Source of the DNA: Squalus acanthias
Taxonomy: Eukaryota
Direction: 5' to 3'
DNA length: 64,000 nucleotides
NCBI GenBank assembly: GCA_030390025.1
Contig: JASTWF010000033.1
Coordinates: 436,001-500,000 of the forward strand
Shown: one piece after another, positions 47,475-61,239 of the stretch
How positions within the stretch are numbered: the first letter of the stretch is position 1
Layout: each line of letters starts with the position of its first letter
Position numbers and translations under genes: made by a program
Notes under the pieces: generated by a model
Database searches by the model: none
Told to the model about the DNA's origin: nothing
The model's input: the letters and a program-made list of their open reading frames with translations, nothing else

Positions 47475-48200
47475 ATGTTAACACAAGATATGCGGCACAG
47501 AAACAGGCCATTCGGCCCAGCCGTCGTTTATGCTCACTCGAGCCTCCTCCCATCTTTAATGAACTAAATCTATCAGCATAACCTTCTACTCCCTTCTCCC
47601 TGATATGCATGTCCATCCTCCCCTCAAATGCATCTGCATTTTTCGCTTCAAGCACATCAATTGTTATCGCGTTCCACATTCTCACCACTCTTTGGGTTAA
47701 GAAGTTTCTTCTGAATTCCCTATTGGTTTTCTTGGTGACTTTATTGAATGTCCTCTAGTTATTTTCTTCCCCACAAATGGTAACATTCTCTCGATATCCA
47801 CATTATCAAAACCTTTGATTATTTTATAGATCTCTATTTGTTCACCCCTCAGCCATCTTTTATGCAAGAGAAAAGAGACTCAGCGTATTCAACCTTTCCT
47901 GATATGTATACCCTCGCATTTCTGGTATCATCCTTGTAATCTTCTCTCCAGCCTCTCCAGTGCCTCTATATCCTTTTGTTTACATGGCGAACAGAACTGT
48001 AAGCAATGCTCCAAGTGTAGTCTAACCAAATTTCGATTCAGGTTCAGCATTTCCTCCCTACTTTGCAATTCTACACCTCAAAAATAAACCCTAGTGCTTA
48101 GTTTAATTTTTTATGCCCTTGCAACTTTTAGTGATTTGTGCATATGTACTCCGGGATGCCTTTGTTGCTCTACCCCACCTAGACTCGCATCCAGCCTCAA
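47475..48200 (-). mobile_element. Old CR1 3' fragment
   Basis: Decayed ORF2 C-terminus and 3' UTR. Confidence 0.7.
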
Positions 48201-48249
48201 ACTTCGTTCTCGAACCACCAACTCCATGCCTCTCCAGAGCTTCTATGTA

Positions 48250-50030
48250 AGGTTGAATCAGATTGTTCGCAAACTTGGTGTCATATTTGAACCTGAAAAT
48301 GAGCTTCTGCGAACATATCCGCTCCAAAACTAAGACCACATAATTCGACCTGCATACCATCACCCACCTCTGCCCCTGCCTGAGCTCATCTGCAGCTGAA
48401 ACCGTCATCCACGACATTGTTACCTCTAGACTTGAATATTCCAACGCACTGTTGGCTGGCCTCCAACGTTCTGCCGTACGTAATCTATAGGTCATCGGTA
48501 TCTCTGCTCCCCATGTCCTAACTCGCACCAAGTCCCGTTCACCCATGTGCGCGTTTGGCCCAAATTGTCTCCCGGTTATGCAACGCCTCGTTATTAAAAT
48601 TCTCATCCTTGTTTTCAAATCCCTCCAAGGCCTCGGCTCTCCATTTCTCTATAATCTCCTCCAGGCAACAGAAAGTACGGACACCAATGGTTGAGCAAAA
48701 GGTCGACGGATGTTGTTGCGACTGAAAAACTGTTTCCGGTGGGGTTCTGCAAGGCTCAGTACTAGGCTCCTTGCTTTTTCCGTAATATATCAATGCTTTG
48801 TACTTCAATGTAGGGGGCATGATTCAGAAGTTTGCAGATGATAAACAAAATGGCGGTGTTGTTCCTGTTGCGGAAGAAGGCTGCAGAGTGCAGGAAGACA
48901 TAAATGGACTAGTCAGGTGGGCAGTAAAGGGGAAAATTTAATTCAATCCGGAGAAGTGTGAGGCAATGCAGTTGGGGAGGGCTAAAATGGCAAGGAATAC
49001 ATAGTAACAAGGCAAGATAATTCACAATCAATGGTAAGATACTGAGAAGTGTAGACTAACAGAGGGACCTTGGAGTGAATCTCCACAGATCCCTGAAGGT
49101 AGCAGGAGAGGTAGATAAGGTGGTTAATAAGGCATACGGAATGCTTGCCTTTATTAGCCGAGGCATAGAATACAAGAGCAGGGAGGTTATGCTTGAAATG
49201 TATAAATCACTAGATAATCCACTGGTAGAGTACTGCGTACAGTTCTGGTCACCACATTAAAGGAAAGATGTGATGGCACTGGAGAGGGCCCAGAGGAGAT
49301 TTACGAGGATTTTGCCAGGACTGGAGAATTTTATGAGGAAAGATTGAACAGGCGGGGGTTGTTTTCTTTGGAACAGAGGAGGCTGAGGGATGCATTGACT
49401 GAGGTGAATCATATTGTGAGGGGACGAGTTAGAGTGGATAGGAAGGACCTATTTCCCCCAGCAGCGAGGTCAATAACCAGGGGGCATAGATTTAATATAA
49501 TTGGTCAAAGGATTAGAGGGGAGCTGAGGAGAACTTTTTCACCCAGAGGTGGTTGGGGTGTGGAAATCATTGCCTTAAAGGATGGTAGAGGTAGAAACCC
49601 TCATCACATTCAAAAAGTACATGGATATGCACTTGAATTGCCGTAACCTACAGGGCTACGGACCAAGAAATGGAAAGTGGGATTAGGCTGGATAGCTCTT
49701 TTTCGACCTGCACAGTCATGATGGGTCGAATGCCCTCCTTCTATGACGAATATTTCTATGATTCTATGATACTATGAGGTATCTGCACTCTTCTAATTCT
49801 GGCCTCCTGAGCATCCCTGAATTAAATTGCTCAAACATTACTCAACGTGCCTTCAGCTGCCTAGGCCATAAGCTCGGGAATTCCCTCCCTAAAGCTCTCG
49901 CCTCGCTTTCCTCCGTTAAGCCTGTCCTTAAAACCGACCAAGCTTTAGGTCATCTACACTAATTTCTCCTTAAGTGGCTCGGTGCCAAATTTTGTTTTGT
50001 AACATTCCTGTGAAGCGCCTTGGGAAATTT
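48250..50030 (+). mobile_element. L2-clade LINE 3' part, split by CR1 insertions (tail resumes at 55823-55858)
   Basis: Peptide ETVIHDIVTSRLEYSNALLAGL; the sequence continues at ~49775 as in the intact 25795 fragment. Confidence 0.78.
48690..49770 (+). mobile_element. Decayed CR1 3' part nested in the L2
   Basis: [20 protein letters not shown] and an (ATTCTATG) tail. Confidence 0.85.
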
Positions 50031-53000
50031 TAGAACATAAAATATAAGAAGTAACAGTAGGATTAGCCCATACGGCCCATCGAGCCTGCTCCGCCATTCA
50101 ATAAGATCAAGACTGATCATCGAACTCAACTCCACTTTCCCGTACGCTCTCCGGATCCCTTGATTACCCTACAGTCAAAATATCTAGCTATCTCAGCCTT
50201 GAATATACTCGAAGACTCAGCATTCACAGCCCTCTGGGGCAGAGAATTCCAAAGATTCAGAAAACTCTGAGTGAAGAAATTCTTCTTCATCTCAGTCTTA
50301 AATGGCCTACCCCTTATCCTGAGACTATGCCCCATAATTCTGGACCCTCCAGCCAGGGGAAACAACCTATCAGCATCTACCCTGTCAATCCCATTCAGAA
50401 TCTTGCATGATTTCAATGAGATCACCTCTCATTCTTCTAAACTCCGGAGTGTATAGGCCGATTCTAAACAATCTTTTATTTTAGGACAGCCCTCTCATCC
50501 CAAGAATTAATCGAGTGAACCTATGTTGCTCTAACTCCAAGGCAAGTTTATCCTTCCTTAGATAAGGAGAACGAAACTGTGCACAGTACTCAAGGTGTGG
50601 TCGCACCAAGGCCCTGTACAATTAAAGAATTACTTCCTTACTCATATACTTCAACCTTCTTGCCATAAAGGCCAAAATGCCATTTGTCTTCCTTATTGCT
50701 TACTCTAACTGCATGCTAGCTTTCTATGTATCTTGCACGAGGACACCCATATCTCTCTGAAAAGCAGCATTTGAAATTTTCTCACAAATTAAAAAATATT
50801 CAGTTTTTCTATTCTTCCTACCGAACTGAATAACCTCACATTTCCCTACTTTATACTCCATCTGCCACCTTACTGCCCTCTCACTAAGTCTATCTCTATC
50901 CATTTGTAGACTGCGTGTGTTCTACTCACAGCTTACTGTCCCACTTAGATTTGTATCATCATAAGAACATAAGAACATAAGAACATAAGAAATAGGAGCA
51001 GGAGTAGGCCAATCGGCCCCTCGAGCCTGCTCCGCCATTCAATAAGATCATGGCTGATCTGATCCTAACCGCCAATCTACTATCTATCACAGAACCATCT
51101 CCTGCATCTAACAGAATTGCACACACGAAATAGGAGCAGAATCAGGCTACACGGTCCCTGGGCCCGCTCCACTACCCACAGGGCCATGACCGATCCGAAC
51201 CTAGACTCATGTCCAAATTCCTGCCCGCTCCCCGTAACCCTTAATGCCCTTTACTTCTAGGAAACTGTCTATTTCTGTTTTAAATTTAATTAATGTTGTA
51301 GCTTCTACAGCTTTTTGTGGCAGCATATTCCATGGACCTACCACCCTCTGAGTGAAGTAGTTCCTCCTCATCTCAGTTTTGAAAGAGCAGCCCCTTATTC
51401 TAAGACTATGTCCCCTAGTTCTAGTCTCACCTGTCATCGGGAACATCCTCCCCGCATCCACCCGATCCAACCCCTTCACAATCTTATATGTTTCAATAAG
51501 ATCGCCTCTCATTCTTCTGAACTCCAATGAGTAGAGTCCCAATCTACCCAACCTCTCCTCATATGACCACCCCCTCATCCCCGGGATTAACCGAGTGAAC
51601 CTTTTTTGCACTGCCTCGAGAGCAAGGATGTCTTTCCTTAAGTAAGGACACCAAAACTGTATGCAGTATTCCAGGTGCGGTCTCACCAATACCTTGTACA
51701 ACTGAAGCAATACCTCCCTATTTTTATATTCTATCCCCCGAGCAATGAAAGCCAACATTCCATTTGCCTTCTTAATCACTTGCTGCACCTGCATACTAAC
51801 CTTTTGAGTTTCGTGCACCAGGACCCCCAGATCCCTTTGCACTTCAGTACTCTCCAGTTTCTTGCCATTAAGATAATAAATTGCTCTAGGATTTTTCCTG
51901 CCAAAGTGCATCACCTCACACTTTCCAGTGTTGTATTCCATCTGCCAAATCTCTGCCCACTTACTTAGCCTGTCTATGTCCCCTTGCAGGTTTTTTATGT
52001 CCTCCTCACTCACTACTTTCCCTCCCATCTTTGTATCATCTGCAAATTTTGATATGTTACACTTGGTCCCTTCCTCCAAATCGTTAATATAGATTGTAAA
52101 GAGTTGGGGACCCAGCACTGACCCCTGTGGAACACCACTAGTTACTGATTGCCAGTCTGAGAATGAACCATTTATCCCAACTCTTTGCTTTCTGTTGGAT
52201 AGCCAATCCTCTATCCATGCCAGAATATTACCCCCAATCCCGTGATTTTTTACCTTAAGCAATAATCTTTTGTGTGGCACCTTGTCAAATGCCTTTTGGA
52301 AGTCTAAATACACTACGTCCACTGGTTCCCCTTTATCCACTCTATATGTTACTTCCTCAAAGAACTCCAGCAAATTTGTCAAACATGACTTCCCCTTCGT
52401 AAAACCATGCTGACTTTGTCCTATTAAATTATGATTATCCAAATGTCCTGTTACTGTTTCCTTAATAATGGACTCCAAAATTTTACCTACCACAGATGTT
52501 AGGCTAACCGGTCTATAGTTACCAGCCTTCTGTCTACTGCCCTTTTTAAATAAGGGTGTTACATTAGCAGTTTTCCAGTCTGCCGGGACCTCAGCGGAAT
52601 CCAGGGAGTTTTGAAAAATTATTACCAATGCATCTACAATCCCTACCGCCACTTCCTTCAAGACTCTGGGATGTAAGCCATCAGGTCCAGGTGATTTATC
52701 CGCCTTGAGTCCCATTATTTTACCGAGTACCACTTCCTTAGTGATTTTGATCGTGTTTAGCTCCTCTCCCCCTATAGCCCCCTGTCAGCACTCGGTTCCT
52801 TCATCTAGGTCATTAATGTAGATTGAAAGTAGATGATGGACCAACACAGATCCTTGCGGCACCCCACTAGTTAATGCCTGCCAACCTAAAAAATATCCGT
52901 TTATCCCTACTCTCTGTTTTCTGTCCGTTAACCAATCCTCTACCCATGCTACTATATCTGCCCAAACCCCATGAGCCCTAATCTTGTGTGGTAAACTTTT

Positions 53001-55822
53001 ATACGGCACCTTACCAAATGCCTTTTTGAAATCCAAATATACCACATCCACTGGTTCCTCTTTAACTACCCTGCTAGTTACATCCTCCAAAAACTCTAAT
53101 AAATTTGTCAAACACGATTTCCCTTTCATAAAACCATGTTCACTCTGCCTAATTATGTTATGATATTCTAAATGATATTTCGGTTTTTAGTCCCATTACT
53201 TTCTCTAGTAATTTCTCTTTACTTTTACTAATTACGTTAGGTTCCTCATCCTCATTAAACCATTGGTTCCCCACCATTTTTGGTATTTTTTTGTCTCTGC
53301 TAATGTGAAGACAGAAACAAAATATTTGTTTAACTTTTCTGCCATTTCCTTATTCCCCATAATAATTTCTCCTGTCTCAGTCTCTAAGTTATCAACGTTT
53401 ACTTTTGCTTCTCTTTTCCTTTTTACATGCTTGCAGAAACTCTTACAATTGCTTTTATATTTCTTGCTGGTTTTCTCTCATATACTATTTTTTCCCTTTT
53501 ATCAATTTTTTGATCAACCTTTGCTGGATTCTGAAACTCTCCCAATCCTCAGGCTTATTAATATTCTTTGCAACTTGATAAGCTTCTTCTTTCAATCTAA
53601 TGCTATCCTTAACGTCTTTACATAGCCATCGTTGGATCATTTTTCCCTTGGAGTTTTTGTTTTTCAATCGAATGTATTTTGTTGAGAATTATGAAATATT
53701 TCTTTACATGTTAGCCTCTGCATATCTACCGCCATAGTTTTGAATCTATTTTTCCAGTCAATCGTACCCAGCTCACCCCTCATACCTATGTAATTGTCAT
53801 TATTTAAGTATAAGACTCTAGTTTCGGACTTAGGCAAGTCACTCTCAAAATTAATGTAAAATTCTATCATATTATGATCACTCTGCCCCAGATGATTCTA
53901 TAATATGAGATTCCTGATTAACCGTGTCTCATTACACAATACAAGTTCTAATATAGCCTGTTCATTTCTTGGTTCCATGATATATTGTTCTGGGAAACTG
54001 TCCCGAATGCATTCAAAGAACACGTACTCTAGACAACCTTTGCCAATTTGATTTGCCCAATCTATCTGAAGATTAAAGTCCCCCAAGATAATTGCGTTAC
54101 CTTTGTTGAAAGCTCCAACTATTTCTTGATGAATATTTTGTCCAACGGTACAGCTACTTTTGGGGGGCCTCTCTACTACTTCTACCAGTGTTTTCTGCCC
54201 CTTGTTATTCCTTATCACCACCCATTCATATTCTACTTCCTGATCTTCTGAGCCGAGATCCTTTCTTGATATTGTCCGTACGTCATCCTTTATTATCAGA
54301 GCTACTCCCCCTCCTTTTCCATTCTGCCTGTCTTTTCGAAACGTCAAGTACCCTTGAACATTTAGTTCCCAACCTTGGCCACCTTGCAGCCATGTCACTG
54401 CAATGGCTAATAGATCAAAAACATTTATCTCTATTTGTGCCACTAGTTCGGCTATCTTGTTACAAATGCTTCATGCATTAAGATAAAGAGCCATTATTTT
54501 GTTTACCTTCTTTCCCTGCTTTGACCTTATTCGCTGCTGCACTGCTACCATTAAACACTCTGTCCCTTCCTGTCACACTCTGCTTATTTTTACCCAGATC
54601 GCTGCACTGCTCTATTGCCTTGACCTTTTTCTTTAGATTTCTAAATTTCCCCTCAAATTACCCCTCCCCCTTTTTTAGGTTAAATCCCTATGTACAGCTT
54701 TACTTATTCGAATCGCCAGAACGCTGGTCCCAGTCTGCTTTAATGGAGCCCGACCCGACGGAACAGCTCCCTCTATCCCCAATACTGGTGCCAGTGTCCC
54801 ATGAATTGAAACCCCCTTTTTCCAACATCACTCCTTGAGCCACACATTTAGCTCTCTGATCTGCTTGAGACTATGCCAATTTGTGCGTTGCTTAGGCAGT
54901 AACCCAATGATTATTACCCTTGTGGTTCTGCTTATTAATTTAGAACATAGCTCCTCAAACACGTTCAGCATTACCTCATTCTCAGTTATAAATATGTCGT
55001 TGGTTCCTCCATGGACCACGGCAACTGGATCCGCCCCCACCCATTCCAATTTCTACTCCAGCCACAAGGAGATATCCTTAATCATATCAGGCACACAGCC
55101 TTCGGGACACTCTTTCACGGCTGCAGAGAACAGTATCTATCCCCATGATTATACTTTCCCCTACTTCTACCACATTCACTCCTTCTCCACCCACTTGGAT
55201 AGCCGCCTGTACAAGATTGCCTTGGTCAGTTTGTCCATCCACCCTGCAGTCCGTTTCCTCTTCCTTAAATATAGAAATTAACTCAAAACTGTTGGACAAG
55301 GTCCAGTGCTGGGGCCCCTCCATCACTACATCCTGGGTCCCCATACCTTCCAGACTCGCAGTCACACCCTCCTGTCCCTGACAACTGACGAACTCTAAAG
55401 TACTACTTAACCTAAAGGGTTTGACTGCCTTCTGGAACAAAGTGTCCAGATAAATCTCCCCCTCCCTGATGCATCGCAATGTCTGCAGCTCGTACTCCAG
55501 CTCAACAATTCTGAACGGAAGTTCCTCGAGGTGCAGACACTTACATTAGATGCTGTTGCTCGGGATCGCGATGCTCTCCACAGACTCCCACATGCTGCAG
55601 TTACGACACAACTCCGCCCTGACATCTATAGACTTGTTTTATTTAATAATTATTTGGTAAAAAATTGTATCCAATCGATATTTTAGGTTTATAGTTTGAT
55701 TATATTATTCAGTTTATGTTATTAATTTATTAGGTACTAGCAAGTTTGTTTCTCAGCTCCGAATATCACCCTTTTCCCTAAATTAGGGAGCAAAAAAGAA
55801 CTGTAATACCCACAAACCAATC
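50031..55822 (-). mobile_element. Old, essentially full-length decayed CR1 (ORF1, ORF2, 3' tail), split by a younger CR1
   Basis: ORF1 remnants at 54830-55625 (HGGTND), EN at 53898-54443, RT at 52785-53129 and the 3' part at 50031-50960. Confidence 0.88.
50961..52785 (-). mobile_element. Young 5'-truncated CR1 with an open 508 aa RT ORF
   Basis: ORF 51207-52733 is uninterrupted; (AAGAACAT)n tail. Confidence 0.96.
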
Positions 55823-56931
55823 ACGTTAAAGGCGCTATATAAATACAAGTTGTTTTTGCTGTCTAGTTCTCGGCTACCACTGCTATTCCTATAATTTACA
55901 GGCCATGAACATGCATTTTAAGGTCTGATTATTCCAGACAGGAACTTTATTTGTTGCCACTTGAACAAAAGTAACTGATCCTGGGTTGCCTAAAACATTT
56001 CTGTCCCATGATTCGGAGGGTATATTTTTTGCATTCAGCACTTGGACTGTAGACAATTGTCTTCTTCATTAAATAGGCTCTTTGAATGAATGCTTCATAT
56101 TAATGAACTGATGAGTGTACTTAACGAGTAATGATATTGTTTCATGCATTGATCCATTTATTGTTCGTGTGTTCCGTTCTTCACTTGTCAGAAACCAATC
56201 GCCTCTTCGGTTCAGGAAGGCGGCTCACCACCACCTTCTCAAGGGCAATGACGGAAGGGCAACAGATATAGGCCTTGCCAGTAACACGAATAAAAAAAAT
56301 GTTGAACTCGGTGTTGAGAAACAGTAGCTTGAGTTTCTGCTGAGCTTCATTGGAGCACAGTAGGTGGCCAAGGACAGAGAGCTCAGAGTGGGAGTGGGGC
56401 GGAGAATTGAAATGACAAGAGACCGGAGGCTCAAGCTACTGTACATTCCGTGAGCCCCACTTCGAATTTACTGCTTGCATTTCCTTCTCTCGCCAATCCC
56501 GCTAGAAACCCTCTCTCCCTTATTATATTTCATTTGATTTGTGCATCCAGTGACCAACCAGTTGTAGATTTTTATATTACAATTACATAACTCTGCTGTC
56601 ACGTGTCGTAAAGCGAATTTCCGCCCTCGGATGCAGCTGGAAAGCTTTAAAGCTTTGAATTTCATACAAGTTCCTGTCCATCGCCTCAGGCAGCGTCTGA
56701 GAATGGGACAGGAGGCCTCACCGGCTCTGGGATGAAAAGGACAAATCCTCCCAGATTGTCGCTTCTGATACCTGTGCAATGGCATTGCGTCACATTGCAG
56801 GTTTATGGACTCTTGGGAGAAGAATGGAATATCCCTACACTCAAATTATAGTTTCTATCCTCAGGTGTGTAGAATGTCCTGTCGCAACTTATTAGTAATG
56901 TCCTGTCTCCTTTCCCTTCTCTCTCTTACAG

Positions 56932-57844
56932 TAAACTTGATTGCGATTATCATCCTGTCCCGAGCAAAGTGCGGGCTTTCCGAATGTATCACTCGCTATC
57001 TGCTGGGAATGGTGGTGACGGATCTACTGGTCATTATCACCGAGGTCATATTTTTTCGGATCAGTGAATATCTGTACCCGGGATCTTTCCTGTCCATCAC
57101 ACCTGTATGCAGTGTTATCGCTGCCCTGACTCGTGCATCCAGAGACAGTTCAGTCTGGTTAACAGTCACTTTCTCCTTTGATCGCTTTGTTGCTATTTGT
57201 TGCCAAAAGCTGAAAACAAAATATTGCACCAAGAAACTGCGGCTGTGGTTATAGCAACCACCTGCATTCTGCTGAGTTTGAAAAGTGCTACTTGGTACTT
57301 TATATTTGAACCTAAGGAGATCATCGACAATATACCGTGGTTTTGTGTTGTAAAATTAAGCTATTTTACTGAGCCCGGATGGGTGGCATTTGACTGGTTT
57401 GATACGCTTTTAACCCCATTTCTCCCATTCGCTTTAATTTTGCTCCTCAACGCTCTGACCACCAGACACATTTTAGTGGCCAGTCGGGTCCGTAAGGGAC
57501 TGAGGGGTCAGAGCAATGGAGAGAATGGCAGTGACCCAGAGATGGAGAGCAGAATGAAGTCCGTCATTTTACTCTGCACAATTTCCGGCAGCTTCATAAT
57601 TTTGTGGTTGACATATGTTACTGAATTCTTATACTATAACTTTGCAGAAACTAATCCATTAGATTACAATGATTCATTTATAATTTTTGCAGAAGTCGGA
57701 TTTATGCTGCAGAATTTAAATTGCTGCACAAACACATTTATTTACGGGGTGACTCAGTCCAAGTTCAGAGAGCAGGTCAGGAGCGCTGTGAAATATCCGT
57801 TTACACTGATTATTAAATTCATTAATAAAAAACAACTTTTTTAA
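56932..57844 (+). pseudogene. GPR139-like rhodopsin-family GPCR exon 2 with a single 1-bp deletion (~57234)
   Basis: A polypyrimidine tract and CAG acceptor precede VNLIAIIILSRAKCGLS, SVWLTVTFSFDRFVAICC and LNCCTNTFIY; two overlapping ORFs join at KYCT(K)KTAAVV. Confidence 0.88.
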
Positions 57845-57899
57845 CCCCAGAGATGGAACCGAGTGTTTCCAGTTCACTAACCTACTATTGATCCCTAGA

Positions 57900-59235
57900 T
57901 GCTTTGCTCAGTTCAAAGAGTAGAATGTGGTAATGCCGGGGGGTTAATATACAGGGACTTTCAAAAGTCCTTTGATGAGATACCATATAGTAGATTCGTG
58001 ACTAAAGTCCAAGCATGCGGCGTTAGGGGACAAGTGGCAGAATGGATAGCAAACGGTCTACAAAATAGAGAATAGAGGTTTAAGGTACTTGCTCAGACTG
58101 CCGGATGGAGGGAAGTGGTGTTCCAAAGGTAACAGTGCTGGGACGACGTATGTTCACCATTTACATAAATGGTTTGGACTCTGGAATAGGAAGTACAATA
58201 TCAAAATTTGTGGATGAAACCAAATAGGTGGGAATAGTTAATACTGAGGTAGACTGCCACAAAATACAGGACCACATTAACAAACTACTAGATTGGGCGT
58301 GTAAGTGTCAAATCACTTTCAATATAGATAAGTGTGAGGTGGTGCATTTTGTTACCAGGAATATGGAGGCCACATACGCCTTGGGAAATAAAAAATTAAC
58401 TAGAGTATATCCACAAAAGCATCTAGTATTCCAGATCCACAAAGTATGAAAAGTAGCTAGTTAACAGAGCCATATGTGCAAAAAAAGCACCGGATTAAAT
58501 TCTAGATTAATTGAATTCGAAAGCAGAGAATTTATGTTGACATTATATAGAACACATAGAAGACTGTAGACAGTTCAAGTTTCCATATTACAACCAGGAT
58601 ATAAACACACTGGAGAAAGTGAAAGCAAGATTTTCAAGCATGATACCAGAACTGAGAGGATACAACTATCCGGATAGACTGAACAGGCTGGGGTTCTTTT
58701 CTCTAGACAATAGAAGACTCAGGGCGACATGTTGGAGGTATTAATGAATTATGAATAGTTCGATATGGTAGTCGTAGAGCAGTTGCTTCCAATTGCAGAG
58801 GATTCCAAAACCGGGGCAAATAATATCAACTGGTCACTAAGAAATCCAACACGCAATTCAGAAGAAGCTTCTTTATTCGGGAGAATGTGTAACTCACTAC
58901 TACACGGAGTGGTTGGGGTGAATAGCATAGATACTGTTCAGGAGAAAGGAATAGAAGTAAAAGTTAATAGGGTGAGATGAATTAAGATGGAAGGAGGCTC
59001 GCATGGATCATGAACACAGCCGTAGACCTGTTGTGACGAATGGCCTGTTTCTGTGCTGTAAATTCTATGATATTCTAAGTAACATTCCAAAGGGAATTGG
59101 ATCGATACTTGAAAAGGAAATCATTGCAGGGCTATGAGGAAGGAGCGGGAGAGTGGGACTAATTATCTCTTTGAAAGAGTTGGCACAGGACAGTTGGGAC
59201 GACTGGCCTCTTTCTGTGCTGTATGATTCTATGAT
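57900..59235 (+). mobile_element. Old decayed CR1 3' fragments
   Basis: DFQKSFD-like, KFVDET and DKCEVVHF motifs, and two CR1 tails. Confidence 0.8.
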
Positions 59236-59274
59236 TGTACAGTACAGTGTTAGGATACAGCGATGTGAGAAAGA

Positions 59275-60319
59275 GTCAATGCACTCACAACGGAGAGAGA
59301 CCGTTTGAATGTATATTTTGCAAGAAACAATATTGCGCGTTTACAACCTTCATAAGACATCTTCAAATTCACACGGGAGAGAGAGAGTTTGGGTGTAGTG
59401 TGTGTGGAAAGCGATTTAATGGGCCAGAAATTCGGGAATCTACGGGTGAGTACGCGCTAGGTACTCACCCGTAGACCCAACGAAAGTTCCGGTTTCTAGC
59501 GCATTCGTAGTGCATGCGCAAAACCGGCACTTTCGTTGGGTCTAAGGAAGGGGTTCAGAGGTCGGATGCGTGCGCCGGAGAGGCAGCGCGTAGACCTCGA
59601 ACTTCGGTTGTTTTTCAGGTTTCTCCGTGATGGTAAGTACAGAGAAGCTGCGTGGGGGAAAAGGAGGCGCAAGGACTGCTTTTAACAAGGTAAGTGTTGA
59701 ATTAAGTCCAATTTAAAAAAAATTTCAACAGGTTTATCTTTTTTACATACTTTAAAGAAAGGTAAGTTTATTTTTAGCACCGTTAATAAGTGTAAATATG
59801 TTTTTCAAAAATTGAAATGTTTGTTTAAAGTAGTTAATTTATGTAATTTATAGTTATTTTAAAAATGTGATGTTTTTAAAAAATGTATTTTAAGTTTTAG
59901 TGAGGTTTTGGGCCCATCTCTATTCATAGATTTGAAAGTCCTTCCTGTCAAATCTATGAATGAAGATTCGGTGCTCCGATTGGCTCTCCATGGCCCACGT
60001 AATCCCAGGGGACGCTTCGAACTAACGGCCCCGCTGGGATACGCAAGCACTGCGCGCCGGCAGCAGGAGGAGGCCCAGGAGCCGAATGCCACGCTGGCCG
60101 AAGCACAACCGCAGGCGCGGTATGAAAGTACGCGCACGATTCTTGCACACGCGGGAAGCCGGAGAGCCGAATTGCTGGCCCAATGTGTCTAGTAGTCGGA
60201 CCGTACATCGGCGAGTTCACACTGGAGGGAAACGGTTTGAATGCGCGGTGCGTATGAAACGATTCTACAGATCAAGTCACTGGACGGGGCATCGGTGAAT
60301 TCACCCTGGGGAGAAATGA
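59275..60319 (+). pseudogene. C2H2 (Kruppel-type) zinc-finger array remnant interrupted by a MITE
   Basis: HNGERPFECIFCKK...HLQIHTGEREFGCSVCGKRFN | VSSSRTVHRRVHTGGKRFEC..., ending in stops. Confidence 0.85.
59421..60181. mobile_element. Harbinger-type MITE with an AAT target-site duplication
   Basis: TIRs GGGCCAGAAATTCGG / CCGAATTGCTGGCCC, with AAT on both flanks. Confidence 0.88.
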
Positions 60320-60864
60320 TTCATTCTTTGAATGCTGTAATAGATCCGGCCGTTTGAAATGCCCTGGTGAATTCCTGCAGTTTGGATTTGTTTGAATGTT
60401 GTGAGTGTGTAGAGTGATTGAAACTGTATATGAGCCTCACACAGTTACCCGGTGTGTGAAGGTAAAATTCTCAGACACTCCTGATCTAACACACTGCACA
60501 CTTGTTAATTCATGATCTGAAATCTCTCCATCACTGGGGTTTTCCTCGCCTCATGTCTGGGTGTGTTGTGGAATCAGTGATAGAGATTGATCGTTGCGAT
60601 TACGCAACAAGCCTAGTATCGTTGTATGGTGCGACTACCAGGATGGGAGAAGGGCAACTCGATGGACCTTGGTCTTTCTTCTCACCGGAGAGATACCGGT
60701 TAACCAACTTCAACATAAATAAACCGACAGCACTTTCAAGAGGAGGTCAGTGTTTAAATGGAAATAAAAAAATAATCCGACACCCTGTTAAAGGGGAGGT
60801 CAGTGTTTGAAGGGAAAGTGATCAATGAGCGAAAGCCTTTATTGCAACAACATTGTTTAAATAT

Positions 60865-61120
60865 ATCTCTCTCGATCACTCTGTCTCTCTTTCTCTGTTT
60901 CTCTTCTCACTTTCTCTCACTTTGTTACTCTCTGTCTCTCTTTCTATCTCTCCCCTCTTTCACTTTCTTCCTGTCTCCGTCTCTCTTCTTGTCTCTCTCC
61001 GTCGCGCTCCCCTCGTTCCCTTTCAATCTGTCTCTGTCGCTTCCATCTCTTTCTATTCTTTCTCTTTCCGCTCTCTCCCCCCTTTGTTTCTCTTGCCCTG
61101 TTTTTTCTCTCTCTCTCTCC
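60865..61120. repeat. CT-rich low-complexity tract
   Basis: Degenerate (CT)n. Confidence 0.85.
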
Positions 61121-61239
61121 TAAAATATGTATTTTACTCAACCGGAAATATAATTGGGCGGGTGTAACAGCCATTTCCAATCTCTTATTGCCCGCTTTAC
61201 GCTACCGGCCCAGACCAATTTCACTCCCATCGATCAAAG

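Noticed and set aside
56805..56931. Alternative GPCR N-terminus from the ORF track
   Set aside because: It is the intron's polypyrimidine tract and acceptor; exon 1 at 38556 supplies the TM1 start.
60803..61180. Leu/Ser-rich hydrophobic ORFs
   Set aside because: CT low-complexity sequence.
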